Positions 8,767 to 18,006 of a stretch of 29,740 bases of DNA are shown here, piece by piece (position 1 is the stretch's first letter; each line of letters opens with the position of its first letter). The translations under genes were made by a program, and so were the position numbers. Source of the DNA: Thermoplasmatota archaeon (GTDB lineage Archaea; Thermoplasmatota; Penumbrarchaeia; Penumbrarchaeales; Penumbrarchaeaceae). The DNA lies in assembly GCA_965234725.1 (NCBI GenBank), contig CBDDUX010000072.1, forward strand, positions 1 through 29,740. Direction: 5' to 3'. The notes under the pieces were generated by a model. It did no database searches and was not told the origin of the DNA. It saw only the letters and a list, made by a program, of their open reading frames with translations.

Positions 8767-9603
8767 TTGTCCAGAAGGAGAAAGAGCAGGGAAAAAAGAA
8801 AGAAAGGTCCTTCCAGGCAGACCGGGAAAGGTAATAAAACCGGGACCGGGGAAATTGTGAGAAGAAATGAAACAGACCGACTTCTCGATAACGCCCACTC
8901 CTTATCTTCGATAGAGAAAAAGAGGAAAGAGATCCATAAAAAAATGATCGAGCGCTCCGGATTCATTGACGACGGCAACTTCAACTCAATAGCTCCTGCC
9001 GATGTCAAATTGATGTTCCAATTATACGATGAGATATTTCTGGGGAATTACATCAATGATAACTATCCCGACAGGATCATGTTCAAGCTTTCAAGGAGAA
9101 TGACCCGCTCCGGTGGAAAGACCGAGTACCATTCGAACAGAGATATCTATGTTATCACACTGTCAAGTACTCTTCTCTTTCAGTCGTTCAATGGTGAAGG
9201 CAGGGATATCACCCTCTGCGGGATCGTCTGCAAGGATCGGCTGGAGGCTGCGATGGTGATAATGGAACATGAGATTGTACATCTCATCGAATATGTTCTG
9301 TATGGTGATACAAACTGCTCAAGCCGACGCTATCTGTCCCTCGGAAGCAGGATATTCGGACATACCGATGTAAGGCACCAGCTCGTAACCGGAAGAGAGG
9401 TTGCTGACAAAGAATACGGTCTGAAAGTTAGTGACAGAGTATCATTCGAATTCAAGGGCGAGATCAGGAAAGGTGTGATCTCCAGAATAACGAAGAGAGC
9501 CACAGTTATGGTGGAAGATCCGAAGGGGTATTACAAGGACCTGAGCGGTAAGAATTATACCAAGTACTACATTCCTATGGGTCACCTGAAAAAAACAAGT
9601 TGA
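8767..9603 (+). CDS. SprT-like zinc metalloprotease with a C-terminal KOW/SH3-like segment
   Basis: SRRMTRSGGKT and HEIVH (HExxH) with downstream C/H residues; C-terminal LKVSDRVSFEFKGEIRKGVISRI; GGTGA RBS before TTG. Confidence 0.75.
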   Translation: MSRRRKSREKRKKGPSRQTGKGNKTGTGEIVRRNETDRLLDNAHSLSSIEKKRKEIHKKMIERSGFIDDGNFNSIAPADVKLMFQLYDEIFLGNYINDNYPDRIMFKLSRRMTRSGGKTEYHSNRDIYVITLSSTLLFQSFNGEGRDITLCGIVCKDRLEAAMVIMEHEIVHLIEYVLYGDTNCSSRRYLSLGSRIFGHTDVRHQLVTGREVADKEYGLKVSDRVSFEFKGEIRKGVISRITKRATVMVEDPKGYYKDLSGKNYTKYYIPMGHLKKTS

Positions 9604-9676
9604 TTCCATCCTGAATCACAACACCATCTAATCAGTGCCGTCGTGATTTTTAAGTATCATGATAATATGGGAAAAG

Positions 9677-11611
9677 TCACATATTATCCATCATTTTTAC
9701 CAGCTTTTTCTTTGTCTCGAACCTTATCTTTAATTCAAGAATATATTGATCCCATCCATTGGTTCCATGAACCCTGGAATACGACGATTTGACCGCTTTC
9801 AGCATATCTATCATCACTCCGTAATAGATATGTGATCGTCCAGAGAAGGCTTCAAAGGCTTTTTCTCCGAGGCTGATGCTGATCTCGGGTGATTTATTCC
9901 CCAGATCCTTGATCATCTTCACCAAAAATTCGCCATCAAGTCGTTCAAAATTCTTATCAAGCAGATCGTGTGAGATGTCTGGCCGGATAGGAACGAGTGT
10001 TTGGGCAATGAATTTCAGCAACGGCCCATCCATCTTAAACGAAGATACTAGAATTGGTAACTCTTTCTTTGGAGTTCGTTTTAATAGCTCTCCAATGATC
10101 CTGCGGTCGGCTGGATCGATTTTTTTTCGGAAACCCATTTCCCTTGCAAGTGCAAGTTTCGTGACTTTCATCGCTAGGTCTTTTTTTCTCTGTTTCCATG
10201 CCATTGCACCTATGCTCATTCCGATATCGCCGGATATCTTCGAATTTCCTTTAAAAACCTGTGCGGCCTTTTCCGGATATCCCTCATACAGCAACATTTT
10301 TGCATGGGTTTCCGTACGGGGAATTATTCGTTCGGCTATCTCGATCATCTCTTCAACGGCATCAGCTTTTTGAAAGATATTTCTGATCTTATCATATATA
10401 TCCCGTCGAATGCTGGAAGAAAGTGGTCCATGATCCCGGAACGCAAATTCGACTGCTTCGGATGTGTTCCAGTATTTATCCAGTTCATTTTTCGGAATTT
10501 CGGTTAATACCTCAAAATAAGTGTGGTTGACCTGACGATTCCTAGGTGCATGCCTTAGTATTTCCAATGCTTCCCTGAATCGTTTGTCCTCCGTAAGAAT
10601 CTCTGCAGCTCCCAACTTTTCCCGAGTGGTCCTCAGGTCGGTCAAAAGGACCTCGACAGCTTTCTCTTTCATTCCCAGTCTGGAATATATATCTGATAGT
10701 AGCTCTTTCATTTGATACCGATTGTATCCGAAAGAAAATGAGTCCGGATCCCCATCCAGACCTGACAATCTCTTCTCGATCCGGGATTCAATGAAATTCA
10801 GATTCGAATTCCTTGACATGGCCACGATCATATCACCGGTCTCCAGGCCATAGTCCTCCTCGAAGGACAGGGAAATTACACGATCCAAAATTGACCCAAT
10901 CTCGATATCCTCCAATTCAACAGCACATAGACTGAACGAATCTACCGCTTCATCTGCAAGACCACCCAGACTCCCACCGGAATCATCCGCACCGTAATCA
11001 TATGCTTTTACGATCCCTTCCAATACCGAAAGATAAACCACTGCGGCTTCGAACCAGTTGGATGTTTTTTCAAGATTCTTACCAATATCACAGATCCTCG
11101 ACAATTCATCTTCCATGTGAGAGATATGGTAATAGTCGAGATTGCCGGATATGATTTGATCGATCCTGTTCATTATGGCATCAATGTTCACCTGTCCTTC
11201 TCTCGAAGCCTTTGTATCCTTGACAAATTCGATCTCACCAACGATTTTCGGCTTCGATCTCAGAAGTTCTTCCAGCATGGAAAACAGGTCTTCCCTGCTC
11301 ATTTTCTTCAAGTAGCCCAGAACCTCATCTAAGTCCGTGAAGGATCCCGGGTTGCGGAGATATTCAAGAGCCAGTGCTACACCATGTTTGCATTCGTAGC
11401 CAACAGGGCAGGTGCATTCGCTCGATATCCGTTTTCCCTTGAACCGGATTTCAACCTGGTATGGTTCATACCGTGATCCTGCTACTGAGCCCCATAATTG
11501 ATCTTTTGATCTTATAGCATCAATAACTCGTCCATTCTCTTGATATCCTTCACCTCTTTCGAAGGATCTCGCATCAAAATGGTCAGTTATCATCTTCTCC
11601 GTGAGTTTCAT
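9677..11611 (-). CDS. SWIM zinc-finger protein with helical C-terminal region
   Basis: SFERGEGY...GRV, VAGSRYEPYQV, CTCPVGYECKH; GGAGGTGA RBS. Confidence 0.85.
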   Translation of the reverse strand: MKLTEKMITDHFDARSFERGEGYQENGRVIDAIRSKDQLWGSVAGSRYEPYQVEIRFKGKRISSECTCPVGYECKHGVALALEYLRNPGSFTDLDEVLGYLKKMSREDLFSMLEELLRSKPKIVGEIEFVKDTKASREGQVNIDAIMNRIDQIISGNLDYYHISHMEDELSRICDIGKNLEKTSNWFEAAVVYLSVLEGIVKAYDYGADDSGGSLGGLADEAVDSFSLCAVELEDIEIGSILDRVISLSFEEDYGLETGDMIVAMSRNSNLNFIESRIEKRLSGLDGDPDSFSFGYNRYQMKELLSDIYSRLGMKEKAVEVLLTDLRTTREKLGAAEILTEDKRFREALEILRHAPRNRQVNHTYFEVLTEIPKNELDKYWNTSEAVEFAFRDHGPLSSSIRRDIYDKIRNIFQKADAVEEMIEIAERIIPRTETHAKMLLYEGYPEKAAQVFKGNSKISGDIGMSIGAMAWKQRKKDLAMKVTKLALAREMGFRKKIDPADRRIIGELLKRTPKKELPILVSSFKMDGPLLKFIAQTLVPIRPDISHDLLDKNFERLDGEFLVKMIKDLGNKSPEISISLGEKAFEAFSGRSHIYYGVMIDMLKAVKSSYSRVHGTNGWDQYILELKIRFETKKKLVKMMDNM

Positions 11612-11650
11612 ACCGTCACCTCCTTGATCAAGGTTATCCTGGTATATTTC

Positions 11651-12937
11651 TCATAATAACGACCAGTAAAGTTCTCCGAATAACTTAACTCTCGCTCTCA
11701 TCTTGATATTCTGATCCCCCGTACGGCGGGCCAAGTTATAAGCATGCATCTTTTCCCGGAATTCTTCCCGAAGATCATCCACTTCTTCCTCAATATCTTC
11801 AAAACCGGTTGTTAAACCCCTTGATTCCAGGAACCTGTAAAACTCCAGTATTGCATTCAAACTGCCGTCGAATATTTCATCGTTGATATCTCCTGTCTTG
11901 ATGATCAACCTGGCCAGGAAACGGTCCATCGAAGATTCGATCTCCGTAATGTCCGAATAGAGCAGGTTATAATCAAAGACCACATCTTCAAACATTTTCA
12001 GAGCATAGGATAATGTGAAGAACATGTCGTATCTTTCAAGATAGGTTTTGAAATCGTCACCGGCTAATTCATGACGGAATGCTTTCATCAATGACAAATT
12101 GTAGGACCTCCGTTCCCTATCCACCCCTTCGTAGTCCTCTTCTTCCTCCATCCTTTTTACAGCATCGTAATCATAACTGTTCAATAGGAATGATATCCAG
12201 TCATTCAGATCATTGTCCATCATTGGATTACATGCCTTGAGATTCCCCTGTGCGGTTCGGTCCTCGGGGTCTTTTTTAACAGCTCTTTCGAGCAATTCCT
12301 TTGCCGAGGACAACTCTCCTCTGGTCAATCTGATCCAACCCAGATCCGATAATCTATTACTGCTGTCCGGTGTGATCAATACGGCTTTTTTGGCATTCTC
12401 AAGGGCACGGTCGAGATCGTTGATGTAGTAACAGCAATTTGCTATGTCACTGTGGGCCGCGGATATTGATGCATCATCAACATCCAGGTCCAGGATCATT
12501 TCATAATAATCAATGGCTTCCCGGTAGCAAAAATAAGTCTCAAGGTTCTGGCATACGGAGTTGATCGTATCCTTGATCTCTTCTGATTCAACATTTCGGT
12601 CCCTCATGATCTTAAGACCCTTGTCCAGGTCCTTTCTGGTCTCTTGAAGTTTTCCCTTTGTCATTAGCTGCATGCCGTGGTCAAGGATTGAAGGATAGAA
12701 ATCCGGACATCCGGCAATGATCTTCTCCAGCCTTTCGATCCTATTTTTCTTTGATGCAATTTCCTCAAAGGGAAGGGTCACACCCATCTGGAGCATTTCA
12801 TGTTCCATCGCGGCCTCTTCCCATGTAATTTGAGTTTTATCTTGATCCGATCCCGGGTCCTTCTTGTTCAGGCAGCATTTCTTGTACTTCTTCCCCGAGC
12901 CGCAAGGGCAGGGTTCGTTCCTTCCTATCTTCATCAT
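11651..12937 (-). CDS. SEC-C motif and TPR-repeat protein
   Basis: N-terminal IGRNEPCPCGSGKKYKKCC; TPR-like helices such as LGWIRLTRGELSSAKELLERAVKKDPED. Confidence 0.85.
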   Translation of the reverse strand: MMKIGRNEPCPCGSGKKYKKCCLNKKDPGSDQDKTQITWEEAAMEHEMLQMGVTLPFEEIASKKNRIERLEKIIAGCPDFYPSILDHGMQLMTKGKLQETRKDLDKGLKIMRDRNVESEEIKDTINSVCQNLETYFCYREAIDYYEMILDLDVDDASISAAHSDIANCCYYINDLDRALENAKKAVLITPDSSNRLSDLGWIRLTRGELSSAKELLERAVKKDPEDRTAQGNLKACNPMMDNDLNDWISFLLNSYDYDAVKRMEEEEDYEGVDRERRSYNLSLMKAFRHELAGDDFKTYLERYDMFFTLSYALKMFEDVVFDYNLLYSDITEIESSMDRFLARLIIKTGDINDEIFDGSLNAILEFYRFLESRGLTTGFEDIEEEVDDLREEFREKMHAYNLARRTGDQNIKMRARVKLFGELYWSLL

Positions 12938-13249
12938 ATTCCTGATATCATTGAAGGTAGTTGGTTGTTTCCAACGCGTTGAAGTTTGTTTGGATCTCCC
13001 TGTTTCTCTTTTTCAGCTAATGGATCCTATAACTTCTCAACACTGTTGTATACGAGAGTATTGTACCACTTCTAAACCTGTATCGTCTCAAGGAGAGTTC
13101 AAATGAGGCCTCAAATGGGGCTCCCCCTGTCAAGACATTTTCGAGACCTCTGAGGACCAGTAAAAAGGCAAAAATCAAGGACCAGTTACCCCCCAGAAAA
13201 TCGAGGTAATCCTGCAGAATTAGTGGTAATGACAATATACTTTCCAGTA

Positions 13250-13277
13250 GTCTACTCTAAAGTAGACAGTTATAAAT
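13250..13277 (+). promoter_or_regulatory. Palindromic operator next to the TATA box of the ATPase gene
   Basis: GTCTACT-ctaa-AGTAGAC (13250-13267), then TTATAAAT (13270-13277), about 24 nt before ATG 13301. Confidence 0.6.
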
Positions 13278-13300
13278 ATCTATGATTCCTATTCAAAGAT

Positions 13301-14689
13301 ATGTTCGTCAACAGAACAAAGGAACTCTCATGGCTCGAAGAAAGATACAAGAAAGGGGAATCCGAGTTCATCGTGGTCTATGGGAAAAGGAGGGTGGGAA
13401 AAACCGAATTGATGAAGCAATTCTTCAAGGAAAGACCGCACATATTCTATCTGGCAGACAAGAGGTCCTCTCAGGAGCAATTGAAGGATGCATCCGCAAT
13501 CATCGGCCGGTATTTCGAGGAGAAATTCCTGGAATTTCGGGATTGGTCCGAAATACTGGAATATCTTGCGACCAGAGATAAAAGGATCGTTCTGGTGATC
13601 GACGAGTTCTCGTATCTTATGGAAAACGATCCCGCCATACCCTCGATCTTCCAGAAAGGTTGGGATATGCATCTCAAGAATTCAAGGGTGTTCATGATGG
13701 TATGCGGGTCCTCAATTGGGATGATGGAAAGACATGTATTAGGGTATAAGAGTCCACTTTACGGCAGGAGAACGGGGCAGATCCACCTGAAACCCATGAA
13801 ACCCGATGCAATGGCAGAATACTTTCCGGGCATTGATGTTGAAAGGTTCATTGAATTTTACAGCATACTTGGAGGCATCCCTGCTTACTGGAGATTCTTC
13901 GATCCAAAAATCTCTGCGATGGAGAACATAAAAAGATATATCTTCAACAAGGAAGAACCTCTATACGGAGAGGTTGATTTCGTTCTCCGGGAAGAATTCA
14001 GAGAACCAAGGAACTATTTCAGCATCCTCAGAGCAATCTCCTTTGGAAAGACCAGACTCAACGATATAGTTCAAGAGACAGGATTGGACCGGGGGCTGGT
14101 GTCAAAATATCTTTCAGTCCTAAGGGAACTGCATGTAGTGGTAAAGGAGGTCCCCGTTACGGAGAGAGATCTGGAGAGATCAAGGAAGGGTCTTTACAGG
14201 ATCCAGGAGAACTTATTCAGGTTCTGGTTCCGTTTTGTTCATCCCAACAGAAACTACATTGAAGAGGGAAGACCCGACATCCCGATCAATGAAGACCTCA
14301 AACAGAATCTGAACCTCTTTATTTCCTCCGAGTTCGAGAACATTTGCCGAGAATCATTATGGAATATCGATTTGCCAGTTACCTTCAATAAGCTCGGAAA
14401 GTGGTGGCAGGGCGAAGAAGAGTTGGATATAGTTGGATTGAACGAGAAGACAAATGATATCCTGTTCGCAGAATGCAAGTGGAGAAATCGAAGGACCGGG
14501 ATGGAAGTTGCGAAGGAACTGCTAAAAAAGAGCGAAAAGGTTGCTTGGCGAAACGATGACAGAAAAGAACATTTCATCCTTTTCTCCAGATCGGGATTTA
14601 CCACTTCTTGCAGCGATTTCTGTAATGAAAATAACATAGCGATGTTCGACCTCGAAGATGTCGGAAAAAGTTTTAATATAAACCGATGA
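13301..14689 (+). CDS. Archaeal AAA+ ATPase (ATPase_2/DUF234) with wHTH and C-terminal PD-(D/E)xK nuclease-like domain
   Basis: MFVNRTKEL, Walker A YGKRRVGKT, Walker B LVIDEF, SPLYGRRT, FRFWFRFV, ELDIVG...LFAECKW. Confidence 0.9.
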   Translation: MFVNRTKELSWLEERYKKGESEFIVVYGKRRVGKTELMKQFFKERPHIFYLADKRSSQEQLKDASAIIGRYFEEKFLEFRDWSEILEYLATRDKRIVLVIDEFSYLMENDPAIPSIFQKGWDMHLKNSRVFMMVCGSSIGMMERHVLGYKSPLYGRRTGQIHLKPMKPDAMAEYFPGIDVERFIEFYSILGGIPAYWRFFDPKISAMENIKRYIFNKEEPLYGEVDFVLREEFREPRNYFSILRAISFGKTRLNDIVQETGLDRGLVSKYLSVLRELHVVVKEVPVTERDLERSRKGLYRIQENLFRFWFRFVHPNRNYIEEGRPDIPINEDLKQNLNLFISSEFENICRESLWNIDLPVTFNKLGKWWQGEEELDIVGLNEKTNDILFAECKWRNRRTGMEVAKELLKKSEKVAWRNDDRKEHFILFSRSGFTTSCSDFCNENNIAMFDLEDVGKSFNINR

Positions 14690-14801
14690 TACATTCATGA
14701 ATTAATCCATGCTTCATCTTGAAACATCCTCCATAATATGGATGGTCACATGTGAAATCATCTTCTGTTACAATATGTTAAAGACTTTAAGAAAAAGTAG
14801 T

Positions 14802-14992
14802 GAAGCCCCTTCCGACGCATTAAAAGGGGCTTCTTTTTCTTCTTGGTCCGAATCTCTTCTTTCCATCATCCGCTTAGAAATCTTTTCTCGAAAAGGGGTT
14901 TTTCGGAGCATTTTCCAGATCATTTGACTTAACTAGATAAACCCCGTCCCCGACACTTATCATTCTATAATATTAGATATATTGTATATTAT
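14802..14992 (+). repeat. Composite repeat copy 3: arm A2 (14802-14945) plus arm C (14946-about 14992)
   Basis: Left part matches 5036-5179; right part GTCCCCGACACTT...TTAG.TAT..ATTG.ATATTAT matches 18124-18166. Confidence 0.95.
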
Positions 14993-14994
14993 TT

Positions 14995-15639
14995 TTAATG
15001 TTTATCTTTGTTTTGTCCTTGACACTTCCCTTTGAATAATAATATTGCTAATACTATGATCCAAATGAAGTAGGTATAAACATTGATCCTCTCGATCAAT
15101 CCCATATATTCTTCCCAATTTGCAATCACAATTGGACTCATTCCACCCGAAATTACAAGGATACCCACCGTGATGAATGTAAAGTTCCTGAACTTCTTTA
15201 AATTGTACTTCCTTTTCATTCCAATCCCGATCAATATCAGTGCTGGGAAGATCATAATCACTGATAATTCGATGAGAACAAGATGCATAGTACCTGGAAA
15301 GGTTGCCTCAGTTCCTACTGGATCCATTGGAAATATCGTTGTTGTTAATGTTGTGCAAATTGACATCACCAAAAGGAGTACGCCTCCAAGGAAGATCAGC
15401 TTGTTTTCTTTGAACTTGTGATTTGAAATGATGTTGATACCAAAAACGATCCCCATGAACGATGAGGAGACCAATATTAAGCTGAAAAGAAGTCTATGGT
15501 CAGATCCTGACTCGCTCAATTCGCTAATGGCATTTGAAACGAAATTGTACCCTGGATAAATGATATGACCTAGGATGTCTGCAAGAAGGTATGAGAGAGT
15601 GGAACCGATCCCTGCCAGGTAAAAATATTTATTATTCAT
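14995..15639 (-). CDS. DUF998 family membrane protein
   Basis: YPGYNFVSNAISELS, FPMDP, GTMH and GLIERI motifs; several transmembrane helices. Confidence 0.85.
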   Translation of the reverse strand: MNNKYFYLAGIGSTLSYLLADILGHIIYPGYNFVSNAISELSESGSDHRLLFSLILVSSSFMGIVFGINIISNHKFKENKLIFLGGVLLLVMSICTTLTTTIFPMDPVGTEATFPGTMHLVLIELSVIMIFPALILIGIGMKRKYNLKKFRNFTFITVGILVISGGMSPIVIANWEEYMGLIERINVYTYFIWIIVLAILLFKGKCQGQNKDKH

Positions 15640-15663
15640 GATTAACCTCTTTTATGAAATATA

Positions 15664-15996
15664 TCATTTCAATTGGCTAAGTATCTTTTGAAAATTCTTG
15701 TAGGGTAGAGAGAGGTGTCCTTCATTTTCCATGAACTTCGATATCAGGGGGCTAATCAAGTAAAGTTCTTTTTTCTTGAATGTTGATAAACCCACCCCAG
15801 GTCTATCGATCGCTATCAACCTGACTCCAACTTTTTCCGATATCTCACCTGCCTTTAACATGATTGGATTTAACCTGCTTCCGGGGAATCCATGGAAGTA
15901 GAGAATTGGGAATCCCTTCGGCTCACAGTACTCTGCATATCCGACTTTTCTTCCCGACTCAAGATCTATGACCTTGTTCTGTTTTTCATTTCCCAT
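15664..15996 (-). pseudogene. Alpha/beta hydrolase remnant (frameshift, nonsense codon, large internal deletion)
   Basis: N-terminal YFHGFPGSR...DRPGVGLS is followed closely by C-terminal NEGHLSL; no GxSxG; the shifted frame reads KRTLLD*PPDIE. Confidence 0.8.
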
Positions 15997-16042
15997 TTCC
16001 CTACCTCAGGATTGAATGCCGACTGTTTTGCTAAACATTTTG

Positions 16043-16822
16043 TTACGGGGACTTAATTCCCTTGATCAACAAGTATCCGCAAAATCCGAATTCTCCAATG
16101 ATCTCGAGTCCATACCCAGGCAAAGTTATCACCTCGGGAGCCCCTGGTATGAGGAAGAACACAAATGTCTCCAATAGGAACCCGAAGCAAGCTAATACTA
16201 ACAGCACCCCGAATGCTTTTGGGAAGTTTTCTGACTTGTATACCAGGATCCCTAGAGGAAGAAGCCATAGTCCATGGAATATCGTCGCGATCATTACACC
16301 AGCCTCTCTGAATTCGAGGATAGTCATAACCACTGAATTTAACTGTTCCGTGCTGAATATTGATAGATGTTCGCCCCCATTCAGAAGAACCAGTGGAGCA
16401 ATATGAAAGAGCATATTGATCAGCATTACTGGAACACTGACCAGAACGAAAACCACCACCAAGGTAGCAAGGTTCTTATCGAGTTTGTTGAGTAATTTGT
16501 AGAACGCTAATGGTAATAGCATGAAACAAATGATCATAAGAATATCACTTGTGAAGCTTAACCGGTAAAGCCACTCTGAATCCTTGATATTATCTGCTGT
16601 AGCTGTAGCATCTCCAGAAACTATCAAATTCATTCGGATAACCTGTGCTATAATACCGAACACTATGAGGCCAAGATAGAGCAATCCTGCAATTCTTGCA
16701 ACCTTTCGCTTTGATTTCACCGTTTCGGCATTTGTGATCTCCCTTCCATCATTTTTCGATATAATTTCATTCTTCTTCACAATGCTCGGATTTGATTTTT
16801 TTTCAACCATATTCATCACCAT
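16043..16822 (-). CDS. DUF4386 family membrane protein
   Basis: ARIAGLLYL, GDATATADNI, IFHGLWLLPLGILVYKSENFPKAFG; clearly related to 1359-2108. Confidence 0.85.
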   Translation of the reverse strand: MVMNMVEKKSNPSIVKKNEIISKNDGREITNAETVKSKRKVARIAGLLYLGLIVFGIIAQVIRMNLIVSGDATATADNIKDSEWLYRLSFTSDILMIICFMLLPLAFYKLLNKLDKNLATLVVVFVLVSVPVMLINMLFHIAPLVLLNGGEHLSIFSTEQLNSVVMTILEFREAGVMIATIFHGLWLLPLGILVYKSENFPKAFGVLLVLACFGFLLETFVFFLIPGAPEVITLPGYGLEIIGEFGFCGYLLIKGIKSP

Positions 16823-16826
16823 AATT

Positions 16827-17435
16827 CTAAACGAGTTTCATACCCAATTTTTCGGCTCTTTGATAATAATCCTGTAGATCTTTATGCCATACATCACCCG
16901 CATATAGCTCCCCAACGGTATCTGCGTTCAATGAATCCTTGATTACTCCTTTGATCTGTGGAGTGGCCCAATTACAAAATCTCTTGAATTTCGAGGGGAT
17001 CATTCCTGAAACAGCAATTATAACAGCTTTTCTTTTCTTTTCAGATCTGGGAGCTGGACACCCCTTTACTATGACATAACTTTTTTCTGGTTTAGCAAAG
17101 GTCCAGCATATCCTTTCAAGGAATGTCATCATCAATGCTGAAGCATAACCCATATGGATCGGAGTTCCCATGATCAGAGCATCAGCTTTCAGAAGCTCCT
17201 CGTTGATTTTGTCCATATCATCTCTTATCACACATTTTGCCAGAGGCCCATCAGTATCACTTCTCCAACACGCAAGGCAATCCCTGCAATAATCGATCTT
17301 CTTCTCAGAGAGAAAGAACTTCTCTACAACGGCATTCTGATCTTTCTTCTTCACTCCTTCTATGGCCTTATCAATAAGTGTATCAGTATTCTTTCCTTTT
17401 CTAGGACTTCCAACAATTGCTACTACATTCATCAC
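16827..17435 (-). CDS. Iron-sulfur flavoprotein / FMN reductase family protein
   Basis: VAIVGSPRKGKNT, CRDCLAC...CVIRDDM, ADALIMGTP...MMTFLERI. Confidence 0.9.
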   Translation of the reverse strand: MMNVVAIVGSPRKGKNTDTLIDKAIEGVKKKDQNAVVEKFFLSEKKIDYCRDCLACWRSDTDGPLAKCVIRDDMDKINEELLKADALIMGTPIHMGYASALMMTFLERICWTFAKPEKSYVIVKGCPAPRSEKKRKAVIIAVSGMIPSKFKRFCNWATPQIKGVIKDSLNADTVGELYAGDVWHKDLQDYYQRAEKLGMKLV

Positions 17436-17926
17436 TATCCCTCCTCATTGAAATTGTTTTGAAGGTGATCAACCAACCGTTGTACGAATCCATTGAATTG
17501 TTGGATTTCTTTATCAGAATAGATCTCGAAGATCTTGAAGATCAAATATTCATGCTCTTCCAATCTTGATTCCCAGTAATCCCAGTTCTTTTGGGTGGTT
17601 CTCAACCTAAGTACTCTCTTATCATCCTCATCTTTCTCTATCGAAACGAATCCCCTACTTTGAAGTCTTGTTGCAGTTTCCTTAACACTTTGATGTGATG
17701 TGGAAGTTTTCTTGGAGACTTCTTTGATCGATGGTGCATGGTCGAAAGATTCTATTGAAGCAATTAGCAAGAACTGCTTTATTGTTAGTTCATCCTTCTT
17801 AAGCGCCCTATTGCTAATGCTCTCAAGCTTGAGACTTTGCAGGAATATGTTCGTGAATAGATGATCGATCTCATCGCGAACCTTTTTGTTTTCTCTTCTC
17901 TGAATAGGTTCGTTATTTTGTTGCAT
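17435..17926 (-). CDS. MarR family transcriptional regulator
   Basis: LTIKQFLLI...PSIKEVS...TSHQSVK...LQSRGFV....DEDDKRVLRL winged helix. Confidence 0.9.
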   Translation of the reverse strand: MQQNNEPIQRRENKKVRDEIDHLFTNIFLQSLKLESISNRALKKDELTIKQFLLIASIESFDHAPSIKEVSKKTSTSHQSVKETATRLQSRGFVSIEKDEDDKRVLRLRTTQKNWDYWESRLEEHEYLIFKIFEIYSDKEIQQFNGFVQRLVDHLQNNFNEEG

Positions 17927-17930
17927 AAGA

Positions 17931-17984
17931 ATAGGTAACTCCTTACCTATATTTATAACCTTCTAATAGGTAAGTCCTTACCCT
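17931..17984 (-). promoter_or_regulatory. MarR promoter: TATA box flanked by two palindromic operators
   Basis: ATAGGTAA-ctcc-TTACCTAT (17931-17950) and ATAGGTAA-gtcc-TTACCCT (17966-17984) flank minus-strand TTATAAAT (17951-17958). Confidence 0.8.
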
Positions 17985-18006
17985 TCAGTCATTATGGAAT
18001 AGATAT

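Noticed and set aside
13026..13103. Classical integron attC site
   Set aside because: AAC...GTT ends are present, but internal pairing is poor and no gene ends immediately upstream.
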